This document shows, one piece after another, positions 12,915-24,672 of a stretch of DNA of 64,000 nt. Made by a program: the position numbers and the translations under genes. The stretch lies in assembly GCF_006345805.1 (NCBI RefSeq), contig NC_043019.1, forward strand, positions 6,385,360 through 6,449,359, given 5' to 3'. Source of the DNA: Octopus sinensis (lineage: Eukaryota). The notes under the pieces were generated by a model that was not told the DNA's origin, searched no databases, and saw only the letters and a program-made list of their open reading frames with translations. Each line of letters starts with the position of its first letter. Within the stretch, counting starts at the first letter, position 1.

Positions 12915-13163
12915 TGCGCCCTTTTTAAAGTCTAGCCAGACTCATGGGCCCGGTTTCCCGGTTTCTATGGCGAATGTGTGCTCCAGCTGGACGGAACGCC
13001 AGTCCATCGCAGCGTTACTCATTTTTGCTAGCTGAGTGAACTGGAGCAACGTGAAATGAAGTGCTTTGCTCAGGAACACAACGCGTCACCCGATCCAGGA
13101 ATCGAAACCACAATCTTACGATCATGATACTGACACACTAACCACTAAGCCACGCGCCTCCAC
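12915..13163 (-). mobile_element. tRNA-headed SINE with a V-domain-like segment
   Basis: Minus-strand head GTGGAGGCGCGTGGCTTAGTGGTTAG...GGTTTCGATTCC, then CTGCGATGGACTGGCGTTCCGTCCAG. Confidence 0.7.
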
Positions 13164-13439
13164 ACAGAGCTGTAGGTAACAATTCTGAGGTCTAACGTAA
13201 TATCTAAAACGTTGTCGAAGCTTAGGTTAGCAATTGGTAATTTTAAATGTTTCTATGGAACTTTTCCTAATTTCGTCCACAGGATATTACCAAAACGTGG
13301 TCCTTATCCAGTCCTAGGCTGTGGTTCTCGATATTGTTGCCCCACGTCCACAGCAAAATATCGTCACAACCCCACTTTAAGAAACACAAATCCATGTTTA
13401 ATTTTTTTAATTTGTCCTAACCTTTTACTGCAAGAGCTA

Positions 13440-13482
<43 letters not shown>

Positions 13483-13771
13483 AACAAACAAACACAAAGA
13501 CACATAAATACACATACACACGACTCACATCCGCCCGCGCGTTTTGAACATTTAGCGAACGAAATTAAGTATAAACAAAGTCATGGGAAATCGAGTTAAT
13601 GGTGCGAAAACCTGTATTGCATCAAAGTGTCGGCCATTTTACTTTTCTATCTATATTTTTCTTAACCTTTATAAGATGTGTGAAGAAACAAGATCAGAAA
13701 GCTTAAACAATTTTCTCGTTTTCCTTTAAGTAAAGGAACCAGATATATAGAGAGAGAGACTCATTAAGCAT

Positions 13772-13819
<48 letters not shown>

Positions 13820-13860
13820 CATATATATACATTATATATTATACATATATATATATATAT

Positions 13861-13894
<34 letters not shown>

Positions 13895-14283
13895 ATATAT
13901 CTATATATATATATATATATATATTATATTATAATGTATGTATGTACGTATGTATACTTTATGCGTATATACAAGTGTATATATGCATATATGCACAATA
14001 TACGTATGTATTTATGTAGTATATATGTATGTATATATACGTGCACGTGTGTATGTGTGTTACTTATAATGCATATTAAGATATATCTTACATATATACT
14101 TACATCTGCATATATACTTACATCTATACATACATATATGCTACGTCATATATACACACATGCAATCACATATATTGTAAGGACATATATATGTTATGCA
14201 CCTGTGAGTGTACGTGTGTGTATGAATGTGTGTATGAGTGTGTGTAATGAGTGTGTGTGTGTATGTGTGTGTACTTATATATG

Positions 14284-14343
<60 letters not shown>

Positions 14344-14732
14344 TTACATATATATACTTACATTTATACATACATATATACACACATACAATCACATATA
14401 TATGTAAGGACATATATATGTATATGCACCTGTGAGTGTACGTGTGTGTATGAATGCGTGTATGAGTGTGTGTGTAAATTATGTTTTAAGTTCTTTAACT
14501 TCACTGATGAGTAGGGAGTCAAGTTTTCTACTACGAAAATAGCAGTAGCGATATCCGGGTGTATCATGTAGACGTTCTGATTACGACGAGGCTAAAAATA
14601 GCAGCTAAATTGTTCACTCGAGAACAAAATAATTTCCTTTCCCAATTACCTGGTTTCCGGCTAACTTTCTAGATGAAACTTCATTGTCATGGTGAATCAA
14701 TAAGCCAGACAATAAAAGCTATTGTGAGAGCG

Positions 14733-15240
14733 TACACACACGTGCACACACACACATACACACACACATACACACACACACACACATACACACACGCACA
14801 TACACACACACACATACATACACACACACATACATACACACACACATACACACACACACATATATATACATACACATATACGCACACACATGCACACACA
14901 TACACACACACACACAGACACACACACACACATACACACACACATATACACACACACACATACACACACACATACACACACACCCAAACACACACACACA
15001 TACACACACACACATATACACACACACACATACACACACACACATATACACACACACACATACACACACATACACACATATACACACATATACACACACA
15101 CACATACACACACACACATACACACACACACACATATATATACATACACACACACATACACACACACACACACACACACATACACACACACACACATACA
15201 CACACATACATACACACACACACACACATACACACATATA
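14733..15240. repeat. Long compound (CA)n/(TACA) microsatellite
   Basis: Direct inspection. Confidence 0.95.
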
Positions 15241-15574
15241 TATATATACAAGCATCTGGTTAAATCTTGAATGAATTTTGTGTTACGTCAGCGTTGTGTC
15301 ACTATGTTTATAGACGGCCATTTGCCGATGTGTCGATTGATTTTCGTAAAAGCGTTCAGATAATTATACGTAGAAAGATTCGCGTTTATTGCTGTACAGA
15401 CGTATACACAGGGATATAGAGAGACACAAACACTTACACACACATACACACACGCCTATAGACATACACATATGGGAAAATATGTTTGCATGAGGAAATA
15501 TATACATACACACATACACACGCACAGATGTGCTTATATATATATATGTATGTATAAGTAAAAGTATGTATATA

Positions 15575-16008
15575 TTACTCTTTTCTCTTTTACTTGTTTC
15601 AGTATTTTGACTGCGGCCATGCTGGAGGACCGCCTTTAGTCGAGCAGATCGACCCCGGCACTTATTCTTTGTAAGCCCAGTACTTATTCTATCGGTCTCT
15701 TTTTGCCGAACCGCTAAGTGACGGGGACGTAAACACACCAGCATCGGTTGTCAAGCGATGTTGGGGGGACAAACACAGACAGACAAACACACACACACAC
15801 ACACCACATATATACATATATACGACGGGCTTCTTTCAGTTTCCGTCTACCAAATCCACTCACATGGCTTTGGTCGGCCCGAGGCTATAGTAGAAGACAC
15901 TTGCCCAAGGTGCCACACAGTGGGACTGAACACGGAACCATGTGGTTTGTAAGCAAGCTACTTAACACACAGCCACTACTGCGCCTATATCACAGCCACT
16001 CCTGCGCC
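15575..16008 (-). mobile_element. Full-length SINE family A (with a short duplication of its 5' end)
   Basis: Complete head, body and tail. Confidence 0.85.
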
Positions 16009-16187
16009 TATATGTGTGTATTTATATTTATATTCTTTACAAGACATTGTAGATCTTTAGCTGGGCTAAAAAGTCACATTCGATCACGGCACCAGTAATA
16101 GTTAAGCTTCGTGGAATGGCCATACTCGATAACGAGGAGGCAGACATAATAATTTATATTTATAACTTAACATTATGTACTTTCTAA

Positions 16188-16314
16188 AATTTCTGACGAA
16201 GCCTAGAGAAACACCCAAGTACCTCAATTTCAGCTAATAATTACTTCAGTCCACTGGGGGGGATAATAGTAGAATGAGGTATTTTTGCCTCCTGGCTGAA
16301 ACAGCTGTAAGTTA
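16188..16314 (+). ncRNA. Hammerhead-like motif with long stem II (stem I decayed)
   Basis: CTGACGA(16193)-agcc...[aagtacctca/tgaggtattt]...ggct-GAAA(16298)-cagctg-TA. Stem III palindrome ACAGCTGT. Confidence 0.5.
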
Positions 16315-16384
16315 TTTTCCCAATTTCTATTGCTCTTTCTTATATATGTTAATAATTATTGATATTTTAATATTTTATATATTA

Positions 16385-17377
16385 CTAGCACTATGACCCA
16401 GCGTTGCCGGGTCATAGTGCTAGTGCATGCATATACAGCTGCGTGCGTGCGTGCGCACATACACGTGAGTACTGTCCAAATCTCCGACCAATCACATACA
16501 GCTAGCTGGCATTCAATTGGCGTATCAAGTTTCGGGCATTTTGATTGGGTTTTGGATAGAAAATTCACAAACAAGTCACTTCTATTGATTTTTTTAATGA
16601 CTTTACAGGGTGACTTGGGAAATGTAAAGATGTACACGACCACCCTTGGACGGTTTTGACTGGCCATAGAAAGTGCGAGCCCTCTAACTGAAAAATTGTG
16701 GATTTGTATAAAGGACACGCACACAGACAGACATTTTGCCGTTTATATATAGAGAGATTTGTGGGGTGACTGGGGAAATGTAAAGATGTGCATGACCACC
16801 CTTGGACGGTTTTGAATGACCATAGAAAGTGCAAGCCCTCCAACTGAAAAATTGTGGATTTGTATAAAGGACACGCACACAGACAGACATTTTGCCGTTT
16901 ATATATATAGAGATTTGTGGGGTGACTTGGGAAATGTAAAGATGTGCACGACCACCCTTGGACGGTTTTGAATGACCATAGAAAGTGCAAGCCCTCTAAC
17001 TGAAACATTGTGGATTTGTATAAAGGGCACGCACACAGACAGACATTTTGCCGTTTATATATATAGAGATTTGTGGGGTGACTGGGGAAATGTAAAGGTG
17101 TGCACGACCACCCTTGGACGCTTATGAATGACCATAGAAAGTGCAAGCCCTCTAACTGAAACATTGTGGATTTGTATAAAGGGCACGCACACAGACAGAC
17201 ATTTTGCCGTTTATATAGAGAGAGATTTGTGGGGTGACTGGGGAAATGTAAAGATGTGCATGACCACCCTTGGACGGTTTTGAATGACCATAGAAAGTGC
17301 AAGCCCTCTAACTGAAAAATTGTGGATTTGTATAAAGGACACACACACAGACATTTTGCCGTTTATATATGTAGAGA
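16385..17377 (-). mobile_element. Non-autonomous Helitron with five tandem copies of its 5' 156 bp
   Basis: Minus strand starts A|TCTCTACATATATAAACGGCAAAATGTCTGTGTG and ends with hairpin CCCGGCAACGCTGGG, then TCATAGTG-CTAG|T. The insertion sits between A and T with no TSD. Confidence 0.82.
16608..17377. repeat. 156-bp tandem repeat x5
   Basis: ACATTTTGCCGTTT recurs at 16731, 16887, 17043, 17199 and 17351. Confidence 0.95.
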
Positions 17378-17464
17378 TATATGTAAAGCATAATATGTTA
17401 TCCATGTATGTGTATTGTTATAATTGTCCTTTTAGTAAATAAATAAATAAATAAATTGACATAA

Positions 17465-17821
17465 AGGCGCAGGAGTGGCTCTGTGGTAAGTAGCTTTCTA
17501 ACCAACCACATGGTTCCGGGTTCAGTCCCACTGCGTGGCAACTTGGGCAAGTGTCTTCTGCTATAGCCCCGGGATGACCAATGCCTTGTGAGTGGATTTG
17601 GTAGACGGAAACTGAAAGAAGCCTGTCGTATATATGTATATGTATATATATGTATGTGTGTGTTTGTGTGTCTGTGTTGTGTTCCCTAGCATTGCTTGAC
17701 AACCGATGCTGGTGTGTTTACGCCCCGTCACTTAGCGGTTCGGCAAAAGACAACGATAGAATAAGTACTGGGCTTACAAGAATAAGTCCCGGGGTCGATT
17801 TGCTCGACTAAAGGCGGTGCT
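17465..17821 (+). mobile_element. SINE family A, 3'-truncated
   Basis: Head GGCGCAGGAGTGGCTCTGTGGTAAG and family A body. Confidence 0.85.
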
Positions 17822-17901
17822 AGAAAAGAGAGAATATAATATCTAAAAGTTGATGAACCACCTATTGATCTCCTCCATTTTCTTATTGCTCTCTCTCTCT
17901 C

Positions 17902-17937
<36 letters not shown>

Positions 17938-18366
17938 CATATATATACATACATATATATATATATACATACATATACATACATATATATATATACAGAT
18001 ATATAACATACATACATAATATATAATATATAATATATATATATATATATTATATATTATATATTATATTATATATATATTATACATACATATACATATA
18101 TATAACATACATGTACATATATATACACACACAGATATATAACATATATATTCCGTATTAATTCAGAGAAGAAAAGGGTAAGTTAGTGGCTGATAATTAT
18201 TTACTAATAAGTTGATAATCATATCTAATTATCCGTATAGATAGATAGAGTTAATCAACTCACGGTTGTTATTGTTTGTACGTCTTGACTCTCAGACTTC
18301 TTGCCTTGAGCTCTTTAGTGGCCTAACAATGTTCATTTGAACCTTTCACCTCCGTTCGTGTGTGTC

Positions 18367-18406
<40 letters not shown>

Positions 18407-18954
18407 TGTGTGTGTGTGTGTACATATGTCTGTGTCTGTGCGTCCGTGAAAGAGAAAGATACATACATAGATACATACATACGTACATAGACAGACAAAC
18501 AGATGTATATGCGGACACAAACCTAGATAGACAGACAGACATACAGATAGATAGATACATACATACATACATACATACATACATACATACATACATACAT
18601 GAATGTATGTGTATTGCCGGATATGCGCAAGTGTATGTGTGCGGATGTATGAAAGACTGTGCATCTGGATGGGCAGATAATTTCAGATGTCAGCTAAACT
18701 TCTTAGTAAACTAGCAGCTTCACCCATAAGTGGCAAGCAAGAAATGCGATGAATTAGACGAGTTTCAAAGATTACAATGATCAACAAAATTAAATGTATT
18801 AGGAATGCAAACCAACTTTTTTAGACTAATTTTTTATGCTGATTTCGAAATTTTACTTCATTTGTATGCAGCACGTATCAGTTTTCCAGTAGATACATGC
18901 AAATATTTACATATTTGTATATATGAAATCATTAACGTAATAAATAAGGAAATA

Positions 18955-19172
18955 TTCTGTTGTGTCTGGGGAGAGTCATTTTCTTTTTGTTCCTTTATTA
19001 TATAACACACTCACCGCTAAAATTTCCACTTTTTTTTCCTTATTTTTATTTTCCTAAAATTTTCGTTGCGTCTTGCAACCTTTTCAATAGTTTTGACTCT
19101 CCCCAGACACAACAGAATATGCTTCAACACACGAACGCACATAAAGAATCTTGCAAACCAAATCCAAAAACG
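18955..19172. mobile_element. Short retro-insertion with a 13-bp TSD and an internal inversion
   Basis: TSD AAATAAGGAAATA at 18942-18954 and 19173-19185; 27-bp perfect inverted repeat at 18952-18978 / 19094-19120. Confidence 0.6.
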
Positions 19173-19291
19173 AAATAAGGAAATACTGTTTTTAGTAAAT
19201 GAGTTTATTGAGTTAAAAATCATCACTATCATTCTACAAAGAGTGAATACACAAAATATTGGTCAGACAAAACAAAGTTAGAACAACAGAG

Positions 19292-19505
19292 TTAGAAACA
19301 TTGTGATTTGGATTTCCGGCGATGTTCCTGATCTGGTTGATCACGGTAAAGTGTCCAACAGTAGTCAGCTACCGTACTGTCATTCCAGGAGCCTTGGTAC
19401 CGTTTCTCCATAGCACTAATGTCCTGGTGAAATCCTTCACCATGTTCATCAGACATGGCTCCAAGGTTACCTGCGAAAAAATCCAGATGGGAGTCCAAGA
19501 AGTAG
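19292..19505 (-). pseudogene. DDE transposase C-terminal fragment
   Basis: YFLDSHLDFFAGNLGAMSDEHGEGFHQDISAMEKRYQGSWNDSTVADYCWTL resembles the widespread H..SHLDFF..NLG.VSDE.GERFHQ transposase motif. Confidence 0.75.
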
Positions 19506-19627
19506 CCCATTGCCTTCTTGTTGCCCAAGAAATTCTCACAGATCCAATTGAAAGTATTCTAGGAAAGCAGTTCCATTTCCTCCAGTGTTGTCTAGAAGTT
19601 GACATCTTTGAGTACTTCTCTAATTTG

Positions 19628-19727
19628 NNNNNNNNNNNNNNNNNNNNNNNNNNNNNNNNNNNNNNNNNNNNNNNNNNNNNNNNNNNNNNNNNNNNNNNNN
19701 NNNNNNNNNNNNNNNNNNNNNNNNNNN
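19628..19727. other. Assembly gap (100 N)
   Basis: Run of N. Confidence 1.
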
Positions 19728-20073
19728 TTCGAGTGGATTTAATAACAGAAATTGTTGTATATATATATATATATATATATTGTGTGTGTTGTGTGTGTGT
19801 GTGTGTTGTATAATGTATGTATGTATGATATAAGAATTATTGCGTAATAAAATAATAAAACCCAGGGTGTATAGATCTAGAGCATATGCTCAAATATCTA
19901 TAAAGCCTTGTTTTTTTATCATATTACACACAAATTCTTATATACACACGCGGACATAGAACCAACGTTTACCCTGTTTTCGCAATATAACTGAATCTGG
20001 AACTTAACTATGGTCTGTCTATAGCACTTATTCAGCATTACCTGACCCTTTGGGTCTCAAATGACCCATTACT

Positions 20074-20131
<58 letters not shown>

Positions 20132-20133
20132 AT

Positions 20134-20322
20134 AATAGTTAGTAAATCGAAACACGAAAACACAACAACGCGAGGACTCGAACAAATATAGTGTTATTGG
20201 TCGGAAAGTAGGAAAGAAGGAGGGTTTAACGTTTCGAGCGGAGCTCTTCGTCAAAACATAGGAAAAGGAAAGATCCAAAGAAGGGAAGACGGAGGAAAAA
20301 ATCGCCAACGTTACACAAGTGG

Positions 20323-20326
<4 letters not shown>
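20134..20326 (-). mobile_element. (TA)n-embedded short element with a degenerate minimal HHR (20223-20257); Penelope-like pLTR
   Basis: Minus strand: gttt-(C missing)TGACGA-a-gagc(tcc)gctc-GAAA-cg-TT-aaac, with (TA)n on both sides. Confidence 0.55.
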
Positions 20327-20359
<33 letters not shown>

Positions 20360-21111
20360 TCCGCGGCAGTCGACTTTGCATTTCCAAATTTCGGGGTTCA
20401 ATAAAATAAGTACCAATATAGCACTGGGATCAATGTAATCGACTTAGATCAATGCCCACAATTTCAGATCTGGTGCCTGTAGTAGAAAGGATCATAGACT
20501 TCTGCTGATACCAGACGAGATAGACGTCTCGTTACGTACCAGCAGAAGAGTTGCTTCTCATTTACTGTGAGAGAACTGAGGGAAACTTTTATAAGAAAAA
20601 ATATTAATATATTTGCTTCAAGTTTTGGCTGAAGTCCATCTGTTTCGCGGGAGGAAGCATATCGATTAGATTGACCAAGTGATTAACTCGTACTTATTTT
20701 ATCGACCCAGAAAGGCAAGGGGGTACTCGGCAGAATTGGAACTCAGAACATGAAGAGTGACGAAATAGGCCTCCAATTCTCATCTATTAATAACAGTTTT
20801 TTTTTATATATTGAGTGTATGTTATAGTCCTAAGAATGATCTTGTGTCAATATACACCTCCAGCTGTTTATCTTTTCATCCATCTGATTATCTATTCATC
20901 CATCCATCTAGGTTTCTCTCAATCCTCTTCTCAATCTGAACAATATACACAATACTCACCCCCCCCCACACGCCACACTAACACACTTATACATGTATCT
21001 ACTTATAAATATCGTTATCTCTCTTCATAATTATATAATATATATACATATATGTATGTATGTATATATATAATATATTATATATATATATATATATAAT
21101 ATGTATATATC

Positions 21112-21147
<36 letters not shown>

Positions 21148-21782
21148 TAATATGTATGTGTGTGTTGTGCATTAATATATATATATCTATATATATATAT
21201 TAATATATATATATATATGCATTCAGTGGGAAATAAAAACTGGTTGCTGCACCTGATGCGAGGGAGAAAGTGGTGAGTTCAATACGGTCTCCCCCGCAGG
21301 AATTAGACAATATGTTGCGCAACGCAACCCACCATTACCACACTCCGTCACCACACTACTACTACTACTACTACTACCAAGAAATACATATTTTCTGTAT
21401 CAGTCTCTATTTTAAATATTGTTTATCTCTATATATAATTACATTAAGGCATACATAATATAGACAAGATCTTATACACACACTCACACACACGCACGCG
21501 CGCATCCCACACACTGGTGTATATATGTATATATATATATAAATATATGTATATGAATACATACATATATATAGATATATTTATGTATATATGTGTATAT
21601 ATATATGTATATATGTATGCATATCATATCATAGATCGTAGATATCAACTGCATCATTGCATCATTGCACAATGATGGAAGATAACGTATTAATATTCAA
21701 CACACACACATATATGTATATATATATATATGTGTTATATATATATATATATAATATGTATATATATATATGTATATATAAA

Positions 21783-21818
<36 letters not shown>

Positions 21819-21859
21819 TATATATATATGTTTATTTATAGATATATATGCATATGCGT

Positions 21860-22024
21860 GTCAAAGTGGTAGGAAGCTTGCTTCCAAACCACAAGGTTCT
21901 GTGTTCAGTCCCACTGCGTGGTAACTTGGACAAGTGTCCTCTACGATAGCCTCAGGCCATTTAGTATGTGGTGGGAGGATTTCGTAGAGGGAAACTGGAA
22001 TAAGCCCGCGTGTATATATATATG

Positions 22025-22057
<33 letters not shown>

Positions 22058-22236
22058 TATAGATATGTATATATTTGTGTGTCTGTGTTTGTGTCCCCGT
22101 AATATAGCGGTTTGGTAAAAGAGACCGATAGAATAAGTGCTAGGCTTACAAAGAATACATTCTAGGGTTGATTTGTTCGACAAAATTTGTACTTCAGCAT
22201 GGCCGCAGTGAAATGACTGAAACAAGTAAAGAATAA
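21860..22236 (+). mobile_element. Diverged SINE family A
   Basis: Head, body and tail similarity. Confidence 0.7.
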
Positions 22237-22246
22237 AAAATGAAAG

Positions 22247-22284
<38 letters not shown>

Positions 22285-22292
22285 ATATATAT

Positions 22293-22600
22293 ATACTAAG
22301 CAATAAGGTTTAGCAACGAGTTGCCTTACCACATACCGAATTTAGAAATAGCAGTCAAAGGGTTATAGCTATTTCTTCTACTAAAAAGTAGAAGAAAGCT
22401 ATAACCCTTTTTAGTAGAAGAAATAGCTATACCTTTGACTGCTATTTCTAAATTCGGTATGTGGTAAGGCAACTCGTTGCTAACCCTTATTGCTTAGTAT
22501 TACTTAAATTTTCCTCGAATGAGGCTTTTACATGCCGAAGACTACTTGGTGTAATTGATAATTTTTCCAAATTAATTAATTTCACCCTTCATTATTACGG
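22293..22600. mobile_element. (TA)n-embedded element with a ~92-bp inverted 5' arm
   Basis: 22293-22387 is the reverse complement of ~22405-22500; (TA)n at both ends. Confidence 0.6.
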
Positions 22601-23266
22601 ATATATATATATATATATAATATTTGTAAAAAATGAAGTTCGAAAATGCTGCTGTATTATACAATTTTTAATTTTTATATATACATATAACATGTTTCAG
22701 TTCCTGAAATAAAAAAAAGACAGCTCATGCCGTCAACACAATAAATTCATTTATAATACACAACGGAGTCAGATATATATAATATATATATATATATAGT
22801 ATATATATATATATATATATATAGATTATATATATATTATATATATATATATATATAGATATAGCTAGATAAGATAGATAGATAGAGATAGATAGATAGA
22901 TAGATGAGGGATGGATAGATAGAAGTAGTGATATACATATGTATACATAAACATATTTATATGTATATGCATATATATATATATATATATGTATACATAC
23001 ACACACGCACAGAGAAACATATGTTATATACATATGCACACACATGCATATATACATATATAGATATACAGTTATAAATAATGATATATAAGTATCTACA
23101 AATATCCGTATACCTATATGCATATATACATATATACACACCTACATGCATATGCCTGTCTGTAATTTGGGATGCTTTTGTGTGCGTGTGTGAGTTTGTA
23201 TGTGTGTTGTTTATACGATTTTAGGCGAATTCAAATAAATATTATTCCTCTGTATTTATATTTAGT

Positions 23267-23480
23267 AGAGGCGCAATGGCCTAGTGGTTAGGGCAGCGGA
23301 CTCGCGGTCGCAGGATCGCGGTTTCGGTTCTCAGACCGGGCGTTGTGTGTGTTTATTGAGCGAAAACACCTAAAAGCTCTACGAGGCTCCGGCAGGGATG
23401 GTGGTGATCCCTGCTGTACTCTTTCACCACAATGGCGGTGCCCCAGCATGGCCACAGCTCAAGAGCTGAAACTGGAAAAA
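23267..23480 (+). mobile_element. SINE family C head joined to a short family-A-like tail
   Basis: GAGGCGCAATGGCCTAGTGGTTAGGGCAGCGGACTCGCGG...GGCGGTGCCCCAGCATGGCCACAG. Confidence 0.7.
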
Positions 23481-23694
23481 CAAAAACAAAAACAAAACAT
23501 ATGAAAATACATATTTTCAGGCATGTATGTGTATATTCTTAAACGGATAAATGTCTCATAACATTCGTCTCTGTGATCTGCAAATGCGAAAAACATACAC
23601 ATGTCTATGCTTATATATATACATATACACACATATATATATATTCATATGCATACGTATATATATATATATATAGAGAGAGAGGGTGTGAGAG

Positions 23695-23743
<49 letters not shown>

Positions 23744-24192
23744 GAAATACACACACGTATATGTACCTGTGTGTATTTCATACACATACATACCGACACA
23801 CGCCATTACACATCCAGCATTCCATAACAATTCTCACTCCCCCACCGCATAGCACCACGTCCCATCCTGCCTATCCACTCCCCCCACGCGTCATCCTTTC
23901 CACACGCCACAACCACCAACACATACACACACACACGCACACACGCTCACAAACCGCTGCGAATCAAAGTTTTTGTCATTGAAATAGAATGGAAATTGTA
24001 TGTTGAATGCCATGCTAGATATAATGGTTTTATGGACGCCGATATATACATATACATACATTCATACATAATTACATATATACACACATACACACACACA
24101 TATATATATATATGTATATGTATATATATATATACATATATATATACATATGTGTATATATATATATGTATGTATATATATATATATATATC

Positions 24193-24224
<32 letters not shown>

Positions 24225-24270
24225 GATATATATATATATATATACATATGTGTATATATATATACATATA

Positions 24271-24308
<38 letters not shown>

Positions 24309-24344
24309 CATATATATACATATATATACATATATATATATATG

Positions 24345-24409
<65 letters not shown>

Positions 24410-24641
24410 TTAGGGAATATATCCAAATTTACAGGGAAAAAAATCAGATTTAGGATTAAATCCAATTTTATAGTAAAATATTATAAAATATTATTTGAGA
24501 CAAAACCACTATTTTGCAAAACAAACAAGGAAAGACTTAATCAATACATAAAATGCAAAATAGTGGTTTTGTCTAAAATAATATTTTATATATGTATATA
24601 TATATATATGTATATATATATATAATATATATATATATTAT

Positions 24642-24672
<31 letters not shown>

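Larger units (their letters stand above)
18774..19627 (-). mobile_element. 3' part of a DNA transposon, probably Chapaev3/CMC-like, truncated by an assembly gap
   Basis: Transposase C-terminus plus a candidate terminus CAATGATCAACAAAATT and subterminal TTTTTATGCTGATTTC. The superfamily call is from recalled motifs. Confidence 0.5.

Noticed and set aside
16565-17344. 259-aa Cys/His-containing repeat ORF
   Set aside because: It arises from the 156-bp (multiple of 3) Helitron 5' tandem repeat and is not a zinc-finger pattern.
23267-23340. tRNA genes at SINE heads (also ~12545-12618, 31140-31212, 37430-37502, 39698-39770)
   Set aside because: The acceptor stems are not intact and each runs into a SINE body, several with TSDs.
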